A DNA stretch of 46,666 bases from Sandaracinaceae bacterium (GCA_947483975.1 CANKOL010000001.1:1-46666), one strand, 5' to 3'. Positions 1-8,676 are shown, counted from the stretch's first letter. Numbers and translations: made by a program. The notes: generated by a model not told the origin, from the letters alone.

Positions 1-75
1 ATGTGAATAGAATGTGAATAGGACGGACGGGGATGGGACAGTAGAGGCACCTAACCACGCGAGATTAGAAGCAAA

Positions 76-148
76 GCTCCCATAGCTCAGGGGATAGAGC
101 AGCGGTTTCCTAAACCGTTGGCCGCACGTTCGATTCGTGCTGGGAGCG
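76..148 (+). tRNA. tRNA-Arg (anticodon CCT)
   Basis: Manual cloverleaf. Acceptor GCTCCCA/TGGGAGC, D-stem GCTC/GAGC, anticodon stem GCGGT/ACCGT with loop TTCCTAA (anticodon CCT). 5-nt variable loop, T-stem GCACG/CGTGC with TTCGATT loop, discriminator G. 73 nt, CCA not encoded. Confidence 0.9.
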
Positions 149-198
149 CTAGATTTTCGAGGTCAGGTGGGGACGCCTCTGCGGCGTCGGGGGAGCCG

Positions 199-1062
199 AT
201 GTTCACGATCAGCTCGCGCTCGGATGCGCTCGAGTCGCTCGAGCTAAGGGACGAGAGCGCTGGGAGCGCGGTCGTACTCGCGCCATCGCGGGGTGGGCTC
301 GCGACGCGGTTCGCCGTCGGTGAGCGCGAGGTCTTCTACCTCGACGAGAGCACGCTGCGCGATCCGACGAAGAACGTGCGCGGCGGCAATCCGGTGCTTT
401 TTCCGCAGCCGGGCAAGCTCGTCGGGGACGCCTTCGCGCGCGGGGCGCAGCGCGGGGCGCTGAAGCAGCACGGCTTCGCGCGCACTTCGGCGTGGAGCGT
501 GGGTGCGACGAGCACCAACGGGGCAGCGACGGTGACGCTCGAGCTGCGCCCGGACGATACGACGCGGGCGGCGTATCCGTGGGACTTCGCGGCGAGCTTC
601 ACGTACTCGCTCCGCGGGCGCGTGCTGCGGATCGAGCAGCGCTTCACGAACCGCGGGGACGCGCCGATGCCGTTCGGCGCCGGGTTTCATCCCTATTTTT
701 ACGTGCCCCAAGGCGAGAAGGGGGCGGCTCGGCTCGGCACGCTGGCGACGCGCGCGTTCGACAACGTCACGAAGACGACCGGCGCCCTCGGGCCGATCGA
801 CCTCGCTCAGCCCGAGGTCGACCTGCACCTGGTCGATCACGGCGCCCGGCCGTGCACGCTCGAGTGGGCGAGCGGCGCCATCGTCGTGCGCGCGTCGGAC
901 GAGTACACGCGATGGGTGGTGTGGACCCTCCGGGACAAGGACTTCGTCTGTGTGGAGCCGTGGACCTGCCCGGGCGATGCGCTCAACACCGGCGACCGTC
1001 TGCTGACGCTCGCGCCGCAGGAGACCCGCGCTCTCTGGGTCGAGTACGAGGCGCTTCGCTGA
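199..1062 (+). CDS. aldose 1-epimerase (galactose mutarotase-like) family protein
   Basis: ORF 118..1062 trimmed to the in-frame ATG at 199 because its 5' part overlaps the tRNA. Motifs NVRGGNPVLFPQPGKL, GFHPYF and CVEPWT are typical of the mutarotase fold. Confidence 0.75.
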   Translation: MFTISSRSDALESLELRDESAGSAVVLAPSRGGLATRFAVGEREVFYLDESTLRDPTKNVRGGNPVLFPQPGKLVGDAFARGAQRGALKQHGFARTSAWSVGATSTNGAATVTLELRPDDTTRAAYPWDFAASFTYSLRGRVLRIEQRFTNRGDAPMPFGAGFHPYFYVPQGEKGAARLGTLATRAFDNVTKTTGALGPIDLAQPEVDLHLVDHGARPCTLEWASGAIVVRASDEYTRWVVWTLRDKDFVCVEPWTCPGDALNTGDRLLTLAPQETRALWVEYEALR

Positions 1063-1154
1063 CGGTTTGCGCGGCAGGGGCCGGCGTCATCGGCGGACGG
1101 TGCGCGCGTTGTCGGCGCTTCCTTTCGCGGGCGGAGCGCTGGTAGGCTCAGGGC

Positions 1155-2723
1155 GTGCGCCACCGGTATCTGCTGCTCGTCGTGCTCGCCGCGGCCGTCG
1201 CGGGCTGTGCTCTCGAACGCGCCGGCCTTCGGCACGATGATGGGGGAGGCGAGGGCGCGGACGCGTTCATGCCGCCGCGAGATTTCGGACCGCGGGATGG
1301 CTTCGTGCCGCCGCCGGATCTCGGTCCGGTGGACGCGTTCGTGCCGCCGGCCGATCTCGGACCGCCGGATCTCGGACCAGCGGATGCGTTCGTGCCGCCG
1401 CTGGACCTCGGGTCGCCGGACCTCGGTCCCGTGGACGCGTTCGTTCCGCCGCCCGACCTCGGTCCGGTGGACGCGTTCGTGCTGCCGGCCGACCTCGGGC
1501 CGCCGCCCTGCGGGTCTGGCGCGACCCGCTGCGCTAGCGCTGCGGCGCTCGAGACGTGCACCGGGGCGGTTTGGACGCCGACGACCTGCGCGCTCGGCTG
1601 CTCCGCGACCGGCACCGCTCACTGCCTCGTGATGATTCCGTCGAACGTCGACGCGGCGCTCTTCGTCGACGGCGGCAACGTCGTGGTCGCGGGGAGCGCG
1701 ACGTGGAACACGGGTTCGTGCGCGGTGGGTTCGCTGCCGGGCCTGCCGACGCGCGTCACGCAGGCGGGCGGCGGGGACGTCTGCGTGGTGCGGGTGCACG
1801 ACCTCAACATCAGCGGGCAGGTCAGCGTGCAGGGGCCGATCCCGCTGGTGATCCTCGCGCAGGGTGAGATCGTGATCAGCGGCACGCTCGACGTGTCTGC
1901 GTACGGCACGACCGAGGGCCCAGGGGGTGGGCTGGGTTCCAACTTCACGCGGTTCGCCTCGGGGCCGAGCGCGGGTGACGACGGTGGGAACACCGCGACG
2001 TACACCGATTCGGGCGGCGGCGGGGGCGGGTTCTGCGGAGCGGGCGGTAACGGCGGGGACGCAGGCGGCACCTTGGCGGGCGGCCCGGGCGGGGCGGTGG
2101 TGGTCACCAACTTGTCGCCGCTGATCGGTGGCTCGGGCGGCGGGACGGGCGGAGCGGGCGAGAGCACGGGGCTCGGCGGCGCCGGCGGGGGAGCCGTGCA
2201 GCTGAGCGCGCTCGTGCGCGTGCAGGTCGGCGGGCGCATCTACGCGGGCGGCGGCGGCGGGGGCGGCGGGCTCGACGGGACCACGCGTGACTGGAATATC
2301 GGCGCGGGCGGCGGTGGCGGCAGCGGTGGGTCGATCTTGATCGAGAGCCCGGTCGTCGACCTCAGCGGGACGTTGCGCGGCAGCGGCGGCGGGGGCGGCG
2401 GCGCAGCGAGCTGCCGCGGATACGGCGTAGCTGGCAACGGGACGGACGGCGCGGCCGTGTCCGGAGCGCCTAGTGGCGGTGTGCGAGGAGGTCTTTGCGC
2501 TGGCGGCGCGTTCGGCGGCGTCGGCGGCGCTGGCGGCGCGGACGCCACGCTCGGCGGGACGAACGGCGACTCCAACGGCGCCTCGGGTGGGAACGGCGCT
2601 GGCGGCGGCGGTGCGGCGGGCTGCATCGTGGTCCGTACGCCGACGGGCGCCCTGCCGGCGGGCGGTGTCCGGAGCCCGTCGGTGGCGCCTGGGCTCCAAG
2701 GGCTGCTGCTCCACACGCTCTGA
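1155..2723 (+). CDS. secreted Gly-rich repeat lipoprotein (unknown family)
   Basis: GTG start. Lipoprotein signal MRHRYLLLVVLAAAVAGC. Six tandem Pro-rich units (DAFVPPxDLGP..), a Cys-rich stretch, then long Gly blocks (GGGGGGFCGAGGNGGDAGG, GGSGGGTGGAG, GAGGGGGSGGSILIE). Codon third positions are strongly GC. Confidence 0.7.
   Translation: MRHRYLLLVVLAAAVAGCALERAGLRHDDGGGEGADAFMPPRDFGPRDGFVPPPDLGPVDAFVPPADLGPPDLGPADAFVPPLDLGSPDLGPVDAFVPPPDLGPVDAFVLPADLGPPPCGSGATRCASAAALETCTGAVWTPTTCALGCSATGTAHCLVMIPSNVDAALFVDGGNVVVAGSATWNTGSCAVGSLPGLPTRVTQAGGGDVCVVRVHDLNISGQVSVQGPIPLVILAQGEIVISGTLDVSAYGTTEGPGGGLGSNFTRFASGPSAGDDGGNTATYTDSGGGGGGFCGAGGNGGDAGGTLAGGPGGAVVVTNLSPLIGGSGGGTGGAGESTGLGGAGGGAVQLSALVRVQVGGRIYAGGGGGGGGLDGTTRDWNIGAGGGGGSGGSILIESPVVDLSGTLRGSGGGGGGAASCRGYGVAGNGTDGAAVSGAPSGGVRGGLCAGGAFGGVGGAGGADATLGGTNGDSNGASGGNGAGGGGAAGCIVVRTPTGALPAGGVRSPSVAPGLQGLLLHTL
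1260..1508 (+). repeat. in-frame tandem repeat, six units of 36-51 bp encoding DAFVPPxDLGP(x)
   Basis: Direct reading gives DAFMPPRDFGPR, DGFVPPPDLGPV, DAFVPPADLGPPDLGPA, DAFVPPLDLGSPDLGPV, DAFVPPPDLGPV and DAFVLPADLGPPP. The nucleotide units are near-identical (gacgcgttcgtgccgccg...). Confidence 0.85.
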
Positions 2724-2750
2724 GCCGCGGATTCGCGCTCGCGTCGCGGT

Positions 2751-5700
2751 GTGATCCTCGATACGTTCCGCTCGATGCTCCCCGGTACCGTGATCGCAGC
2801 CCGCTTCGAGGTCGAGCGAGCGGTCGGCGCGGGCGGCATGGGCACCGTGTATGCGGCGCTCGACCGGCACACCGGCGCGCGCGTCGCGCTCAAGGTCCTG
2901 CATGGGGTGGGCGCGGTCGAGCAGGCGCGCTTTCTGCGCGAGGCGAGGGCGCTCGCGCAGCTCGAGCACGCGGCGATCGTCCGCTACGTCGAGCACGGCG
3001 TCTTCGAGGGCTCGCAGCTGTGGCTCGCGATGGAGTGGCTCGAGGGCGAGGACCTCAGCTTTCGGCTCGAGCGTGGCGCGCTCGGCGCGGCGGAGGCGAT
3101 CGGCGTCGCACGGCGAATCGCCGACGCGCTCGCGGCCGTGCACGCGCGCGGGTTGGTGCACCGCGACCTCAAGCCGTCCAACGTGTTCATTCCGGACGGC
3201 GACCTCGGCCGGGCCATGCTGATCGACTTCGGCATCGCGCGCACGCTGACGCACGAGACCGTCCTGACGCAGCCGGGCGGGCTCATCGGCACGCCCGGCT
3301 ACATGGCGCCCGAGCAGGCCCGCGGCGTGCGCGCGGTCGACCCGCGCATCGACGTCTTCGCGCTCGGCTGCGTGCTCTACGAGTGCCTCACAGGCGAGCG
3401 CGCTTGGCGCGGCGCGAACGTCGTCGCGGTGCTCGCCAGCATCCTGCTCGATGAGGCTCCGCGCCTGCGCGATCGACGGCCCGAGCTACCCGTGGAGCTC
3501 GAGGCGTACGTCGCGCGGATGATGGCGCGGGACCCTGCGGAGCGCCCCGCCGACGGCACGGACGTCGTCGTGGGCCTCGACGCGTTCAGCTCGTTGCCCG
3601 CTTCGCTGCGCACCTCGAGAGTGCCTCCGCCTTCGCGGCCGACGCGGGGCATCACGGCGGCGGAGCAGCGACTCGTGACCATCGTGCTCGTCGGCGAGGC
3701 CGGCAGCGCGCAGTCCATCGACACCGACGTCACGCTCGCCGTCGGCGCGGAGTCGGCCGTGCAGCGCCTCGCGAAGCAGCACGGCGGGCGCGCGGATGCC
3801 TTCTTGCGGGGGCTCACGCTGGTGTCGTTCACGGGAGGGCTCGCGACCGACGTCGCCGTCCGCGCCGCGCGTTGCGCGATCGCGCTCCGCGCGCACGAGC
3901 CGCTGCCGATGGTGCTCGCGACCGGGCGCGCAGAGGTGGACGGCGCCGCGCTCGCTGGCGAGGTCGTGGCGCGCGCGATGGCGCGCTTCGCCGCGGGGTC
4001 GGTCGCGCAGGGGCGCATCGACGTCGACGCGCTGAGCGCAGGGCTCCTCGAGGCGCAGTTCGAGCTCGTCGCTCGCGAGGGCGGCGCGTTCGATCTGCAG
4101 GACGCGCGCGATGAGACGGCGTTTCGCGACCACCGGCGCGTGCTCGGGCGTGTCGTGCCGTGCCTCGGGCGGGACCGCGAGCTCGCCGATCTCGAGGCGA
4201 CGCTGAGCCAGTGCGCGGAGGAACCGGTCGCGCGCGCTGTGCTCCTGACGGCGGCGTCAGGCGTCGGCAAATCGCGCCTCGCGGCCGAATTCGCTGCGCG
4301 CCTCGGGCAGCGCCCAGCTGACGAGCGACCGCTGTTGCTCACTGCGCGCGCGGACGCCTCGCGCTCGGGCGCGATGTACGGCCTCGTGTCGCAGCTCGTC
4401 GGCGCCGCAGTCGGCGCCTCGCACGGCGACCCCGTCGCGACGCGGCAGCAGCACGTCTCCGCCCGCTGCGCGGCGCTGCTCGAGGGAGATCTCGCGCCGC
4501 GTACCGCGGTGTTCCTCGCCGAGTTCGTCGACGCGCCGTTCGACTCCGCGCGCCACGCCTCGCTCGCGAGCGCGCGCGCCACGCCGAGCGTCATGGGCGA
4601 GCAGCTCGCGGACGCGTGGATCGCGCTGCTCGACGCGCTGTGCGCGCGCACGCCGGTCGTGCTCTCGATCGAGGATCTGCACTGGGCCGACCCGCCGTCC
4701 ATACGCCTGCTCGACGCTGCGCTCACGCGGCTCGCCGAGCGCCCGCTGATGGTGCTCGCGCTCGCGCGCCCCGAGGTCCACGACGCGTTTCCCGCGCTGT
4801 GGCGGCAGCGCGACGTACACGAGCTTCGCCTCGCCAAGCTGACGCGGCGCTCGGCGGAGGCGCTCGTCCGCGCGATGATGGGCCCGGAGGCGCGGCCTGA
4901 GCGGGTCGCGCGGATCGTCGAGCAGGCCGAGGGCAACGCCTTCCACCTCGAGGAGAGCGTGCGCGCGGTGATGCGCGCCGGGGACTCGGACGAGGTGCTC
5001 CCGGAGACCGCGCTCGCGCTCGCGCAGGCCCGCCTCGAGCGGCTGGCGCCCGACGACCGACGCCTGCTCCGCGCCGCGAGCGCCTTCGGCGAGACCGCCT
5101 GGTCGGGCGCGCTCGCGGCGTTGCTGCTGTGCGCTCCGGAGGTCGTCCTCGAGCGCGTCGAGACGCTCGTCGCGCAGGAGATCCTGACCGTGCGCGCCGA
5201 CAGCCGCTTCGCCGGCGAGGGCGAGGTCGCGTTTCGACACGCCATCCTGCGCGACGCTGCGTATGCCACCTTCGTCGAGCGCGACCGGGTGTTGGCCCAT
5301 CGTCTCGCGGGGCACTGGCTCGAGAGCGCGGGCGAGCCCGACGCTGGAGTGATCGCCTTTCAGCTGCAGCGTGGCGAGTCCCCCGCGGAGGCCTTCGCGT
5401 GGTTCGTCCGCGCGGCCCGTCAGGCGGTCGCGGGCGAGGACTTCGCGACGGCCGCGAGCCACGTCGAGCACGCGCACGCGGCGCTGACGGCGAGCGCGAT
5501 CACCGTGGAGCCGGCGACGTTCGCCGAGTTCGCCGTGCTCGACGCCACCGTGCTCCGGACGCAGGGACAGCTCGAGCAGGCGGCGGCGAGATGCCGCGAG
5601 GCTCTCGGCGCACCCGGTATCGACGACGAGCTGCACCACGAGGCGCTCGCGCTCTACATCGAAGTGCTCAATGAGCAGGGACATGGCGAGGCCGCCGTCG

Positions 5701-6818
5701 ACCGACTGGAGGCGCTCGCCGCGGCGATCGAAGCCGGGCGCGCCTCGATCCACGCGCTCCGTGCGTTCGCGAACGGCGTCTACCGTACGGTGCAAGGGGT
5801 CGCGCGCGCCCGCGCCGCGCGTGCGCTCCGGCGCGTTCGCTCGGTCGTCGACGCGCAGGCGGCGGACGATGCGCTGGTCGCCCTCTCGTTGGCGCAGGCT
5901 GACATCTTCCTCGCGCTGGTCGCGGGAGCCTTGCCCTACGAGGTCCTCGAGCCGATGGAGCGCGCTGCGGCAACCTACGGGCGCCTGGGGATGCCCAGAC
6001 GAGCTGCGGGGACCCGCGCCGGCGTGGCCGCGGCGCTCGTGGTGTCGGGGCTGGCGCGCGAGGGTATCGACGCGTTCGTGGCGCTGGGCGAGCCGAAGTC
6101 AGCTCGCGGCGCGGGCAAGCTCGACACCTACGCGGCCAAACACTCCGGCCTGGCGTATGGGCGCCTCGGTGAGGTGGTCCGCGCCCGCATCGTGCTCAGC
6201 GAGACCGTGGAGCGCCTGCTCGAGACGGCCTCGCCGCGCTCCCTCGCGACCGCGCTCACCTATCGCGCGATGGTCGAGTTCGAGGCTGACGCGCCCGCTG
6301 ACGCGGTGCTGTTCGCGCGTCGGGCCGTCGAACTCGCAGACATTCCGGCCTCGAATCGCGCGTTCGCGCAGGCTGTGCTCGCGCGCGCGCTCGTCGCGAC
6401 GGGCGATGCGGCCGGTGGCCTCGCGCACGCTCGCCCGGCGCACGAGGCCCTCGTCGACGGCGGCGTCGACGAGGGCGAGTTCCAGATCCGGCTCGCGCTC
6501 GCGGAGGCGCTCTCTGCGAGCGGCCAATCCGCCGCGGCGCTGCAGGCGCTCGACGTCGCGCGCACCCGGCTCGTCACGGCAGCGGCTCGCGTGCGCGACG
6601 AGGCGGTCCGAGTCCGCATCCTGCGCGACGTACCCGAGCACCGCGCCATCCTCGAGACCGCCATCGCGTGGGGCCTTCCGGCACTTCAGCCGCCGTCGTC
6701 GATGCCACCGTCGTCGATGCCGCCGTCGTCGATGCCGCCGTCGTCGATGCCGCCGTCGTCGATGCCGCCGTCGTCGATGCCGCCGTCGGGCGTCTCCGGG
6801 CTTCCGCGCACGACGTGA
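2751..6818 (+). CDS. Ser/Thr protein kinase fused to a degenerate cyclase-like region, an AAA_16/STAND P-loop NTPase and TPR-like C-terminal repeats
   Basis: Hanks kinase motifs GAGGMGTVY, ALK, HRDLKPSN (3159..3182), DFG and GTPGYMAPE. Then EQRLVTIVLVGEAGS resembles the start of a class III cyclase homology domain but lacks the metal Asp. Walker A AASGVGKS at 4251..4274, followed by about 700 aa of helical repeats and a (PPSSM)x6 tail. Start is uncertain (GTG 2751 or ATG 2775). Confidence 0.85.
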   Translation: MILDTFRSMLPGTVIAARFEVERAVGAGGMGTVYAALDRHTGARVALKVLHGVGAVEQARFLREARALAQLEHAAIVRYVEHGVFEGSQLWLAMEWLEGEDLSFRLERGALGAAEAIGVARRIADALAAVHARGLVHRDLKPSNVFIPDGDLGRAMLIDFGIARTLTHETVLTQPGGLIGTPGYMAPEQARGVRAVDPRIDVFALGCVLYECLTGERAWRGANVVAVLASILLDEAPRLRDRRPELPVELEAYVARMMARDPAERPADGTDVVVGLDAFSSLPASLRTSRVPPPSRPTRGITAAEQRLVTIVLVGEAGSAQSIDTDVTLAVGAESAVQRLAKQHGGRADAFLRGLTLVSFTGGLATDVAVRAARCAIALRAHEPLPMVLATGRAEVDGAALAGEVVARAMARFAAGSVAQGRIDVDALSAGLLEAQFELVAREGGAFDLQDARDETAFRDHRRVLGRVVPCLGRDRELADLEATLSQCAEEPVARAVLLTAASGVGKSRLAAEFAARLGQRPADERPLLLTARADASRSGAMYGLVSQLVGAAVGASHGDPVATRQQHVSARCAALLEGDLAPRTAVFLAEFVDAPFDSARHASLASARATPSVMGEQLADAWIALLDALCARTPVVLSIEDLHWADPPSIRLLDAALTRLAERPLMVLALARPEVHDAFPALWRQRDVHELRLAKLTRRSAEALVRAMMGPEARPERVARIVEQAEGNAFHLEESVRAVMRAGDSDEVLPETALALAQARLERLAPDDRRLLRAASAFGETAWSGALAALLLCAPEVVLERVETLVAQEILTVRADSRFAGEGEVAFRHAILRDAAYATFVERDRVLAHRLAGHWLESAGEPDAGVIAFQLQRGESPAEAFAWFVRAARQAVAGEDFATAASHVEHAHAALTASAITVEPATFAEFAVLDATVLRTQGQLEQAAARCREALGAPGIDDELHHEALALYIEVLNEQGHGEAAVDRLEALAAAIEAGRASIHALRAFANGVYRTVQGVARARAARALRRVRSVVDAQAADDALVALSLAQADIFLALVAGALPYEVLEPMERAAATYGRLGMPRRAAGTRAGVAAALVVSGLAREGIDAFVALGEPKSARGAGKLDTYAAKHSGLAYGRLGEVVRARIVLSETVERLLETASPRSLATALTYRAMVEFEADAPADAVLFARRAVELADIPASNRAFAQAVLARALVATGDAAGGLAHARPAHEALVDGGVDEGEFQIRLALAEALSASGQSAAALQALDVARTRLVTAAARVRDEAVRVRILRDVPEHRAILETAIAWGLPALQPPSSMPPSSMPPSSMPPSSMPPSSMPPSSMPPSGVSGLPRTT

Positions 6819-7318
6819 ACGCGCTGCTCGGCGACGGTGAAGGCGCCGTCGCGCGTCTCGACGCGCGCGCGAATGAGCACGTCCTCATCGACGACGTCGA
6901 GGTCGCTGAGCGCCTCGGGCCGTAGCCCGTAGATCTCCTGAAAGTCGGTGCCCGACACCGGATCGAAGCTCAGCCGCACGCGAAACGGGAGAGAGACGAT
7001 CATCCCATCGCGCACTCGCTCGTATTCGATCGAGACCAGCGGCGACCTCGTCGTCGCCGGGTTCTGTGCGCGGAGCGACGTCCACAGATGAAAGCCGCCC
7101 TGCGGCCCCGCGATCAGCTCGGCCGTCGCGGGCTCCCCGTAGGGCACGAAACTGTCGAAGCCAGCGCCGATCTCGAGCCACTGCGCGGGCAGGGGAGCGT
7201 CCACGGGCACCGCCGCATCGCCGCCGGCGGTGTCGTCACCGCAGCCGCTCCACGCGAGCAGCGAGCTTGCGAGCAGGAGCGCGCGCGTCAGGCGCGCGAG
7301 CGCTCGCCCGGTGGTCAC
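6686..7318 (-). CDS. lipoprotein of unknown function with a (DDGGI)x6 C-terminal tail
   Basis: In-frame GTG at 7318 overlaps the upstream DsbD stop as GTGA. Signal and lipobox RALARLTRALLLASSLLAWSGC. The rest of ORF 6686..7654 upstream of 7318 overlaps dsbD and is Arg-rich junk. Confidence 0.65.
   Translation of the reverse strand: MTTGRALARLTRALLLASSLLAWSGCGDDTAGGDAAVPVDAPLPAQWLEIGAGFDSFVPYGEPATAELIAGPQGGFHLWTSLRAQNPATTRSPLVSIEYERVRDGMIVSLPFRVRLSFDPVSGTDFQEIYGLRPEALSDLDVVDEDVLIRARVETRDGAFTVAEQRVHVVRGSPETPDGGIDDGGIDDGGIDDGGIDDGGIDDGGIDDGG
6689..6788. repeat. 15-bp tandem repeat (gccgccgtcgtcgat), about 6.7 copies, coding on both strands
   Basis: Units at 6689, 6704, 6719, 6734, 6749 and 6764, plus a partial unit at 6779. 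One unit has a single G-to-A change. Reads (PPSSM)n on the + strand and (DDGGI)n on the - strand. Confidence 0.95.
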
Positions 7319-8676
7319 CGCGCTCGACCGAGCAGCGCGACGAACTCCTCGGGCGGCACGAATTGCTTCAGCCGCGCGACCTCGACTCCGTCGGCGCCGT
7401 GGAGGACGACGAGCGGCAAGCCGCGCTCGTGGTACGAGCGCAGCACCGCGCGCTTCGCGGGCGTGTCCTTGTCGGGGCTGAGATCGACGCGCACCGGCAC
7501 GAAGCGCCGCGCCGCCGAGACCACGCGCAGATCGCTGAAGGTGTCGCGGTCGAGCTCGCCGCACGCGCCGCACCACGACGCGCCGAAGTCGACGAGCATC
7601 GGCTTGTGCTCCTGCCGAGCGAGGGCCTGCGCCGCGGCGTAGTCGCTCATCCACGGGATGCGCGCTCCGGGTGGCAGCGGCGGCAGCGCGACGAGCCAGC
7701 CGACCAGCCCCGCGAGGCCGACCGTCGCGAGCGCCACGCCTGCGCCCTTGCGCAGCCGCACGGGCCAGCCGTCGTGGAAGCTGAGGTGCACGGCGCCGAC
7801 GAGCACTCCGACAGCCATCAGCGCGAGCGAAGCGAGCAGCCAGGTCGTCGTCTTCTGGGCCACCTCGCCGAGGCCGAGCAGGTCACGCAGGTAGTAGATG
7901 GCCGCGACGATCATCGCGATGCCGAAGACGCTCTTCGTCCACTCGACCCACGAGCCTGACTTCGGCAGCGAGATCGCGAACGTGCCGACGATCCACGTGA
8001 GCGTGCCGAGGCCGAGCGCGTACACGAACATCGCGAGCCCGCCGAACGCCACGCTGCGCGTCGTGCCGATCCACGAGAGCAGCGCGCCGACGACGGGCCC
8101 CGTGCAAGGCGCCGCGATCACGGAGCTGACGAGCCCGAAGAGGAACGCCCCGAGCGTGCCGACGCCGCCCACCGACGAGAGCTTGTTCTGCAGCGCGGGC
8201 GGCAGGTTCAGCTCGAACGCGCCGAACATCGACGCGGCGAGCGCGAGGAAGATCACGGCGAGCGGCACCAGCACCCACGCGCTCGCGAGCGCGGCACCGA
8301 AGAGATCGCCCGAGAGCCCCGCGATCACGCCGAGCGGCGTGAAGAGCGTCGCGATGCCGAGCACGAACGACGTCGAGAGCTTCGCGCCCTCGAGCTTGGT
8401 CTTCGCCTGCCTCGCGCCGAACACGCTGACGGTGATCGCGATCATCGGGAACACGCACGGCGTCAGCGACGTCGCGAGCCCCGCGAGGAAGATCAGCCCG
8501 AGGGACAGCCCCCAGGTGCCGTTCGCGAGGGAGCGCTCGAACGTGTGCGCGAGGTCGCCGATGAAGTCGGCGCGCGCGGCGCTAGGTGACACCAGGGAGA
8601 CGAGCAGGAGGGCGAGTCCCACGGCGACGGGAGCCACGATGGCAGCCGCGAGCGAGCGACGTTCTTGGTTGCGCAT
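7315..8676 (-). CDS. protein-disulfide reductase DsbD family (CcdA-like membrane domain plus C-terminal thioredoxin)
   Basis: ATG at 8676 (MRNQERRSLAAAIV..). Membrane core has LTPCVFPMI and a second Cys motif IAAPCTGP. C-terminal thioredoxin motif WCGACGELD. No N-terminal DsbD-alpha domain is evident. Confidence 0.85.
   Translation of the reverse strand: MRNQERRSLAAAIVAPVAVGLALLLVSLVSPSAARADFIGDLAHTFERSLANGTWGLSLGLIFLAGLATSLTPCVFPMIAITVSVFGARQAKTKLEGAKLSTSFVLGIATLFTPLGVIAGLSGDLFGAALASAWVLVPLAVIFLALAASMFGAFELNLPPALQNKLSSVGGVGTLGAFLFGLVSSVIAAPCTGPVVGALLSWIGTTRSVAFGGLAMFVYALGLGTLTWIVGTFAISLPKSGSWVEWTKSVFGIAMIVAAIYYLRDLLGLGEVAQKTTTWLLASLALMAVGVLVGAVHLSFHDGWPVRLRKGAGVALATVGLAGLVGWLVALPPLPPGARIPWMSDYAAAQALARQEHKPMLVDFGASWCGACGELDRDTFSDLRVVSAARRFVPVRVDLSPDKDTPAKRAVLRSYHERGLPLVVLHGADGVEVARLKQFVPPEEFVALLGRAR

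Noticed and set aside
118-198. 5' extension of the epimerase ORF (start at 118)
   Set aside because: It would overlap the 3' half of tRNA-Arg on the same strand. The in-frame ATG at 199 gives a normal N-terminus.
837-3254. 805-aa minus-strand ORF (with nested ORFs 1148..1615, 1619..2239 and 2240..2893) spanning the epimerase, lipoprotein and kinase genes
   Set aside because: It is extremely Arg/Ala/Pro-rich with no motifs, and it lies antisense to three well-supported genes. This is the classic stop-codon-poor shadow ORF of a ~70% GC genome.
3377-5795. Long minus-strand ORFs 3377..5269 (630 aa) and 4257..5795 (512 aa) inside the kinase-STAND gene
   Set aside because: They are antisense to a CDS with clear kinase and P-loop motifs. 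Their Ser/Arg/Ala composition shows no domain signatures.
6689-6788. Possible CRISPR array, suggested by the regularly spaced short repeats here and at 11460..11555
   Set aside because: The units are contiguous (no spacers), only 15 bp long, in frame within CDSs, and no cas genes are present. They are coding tandem repeats.
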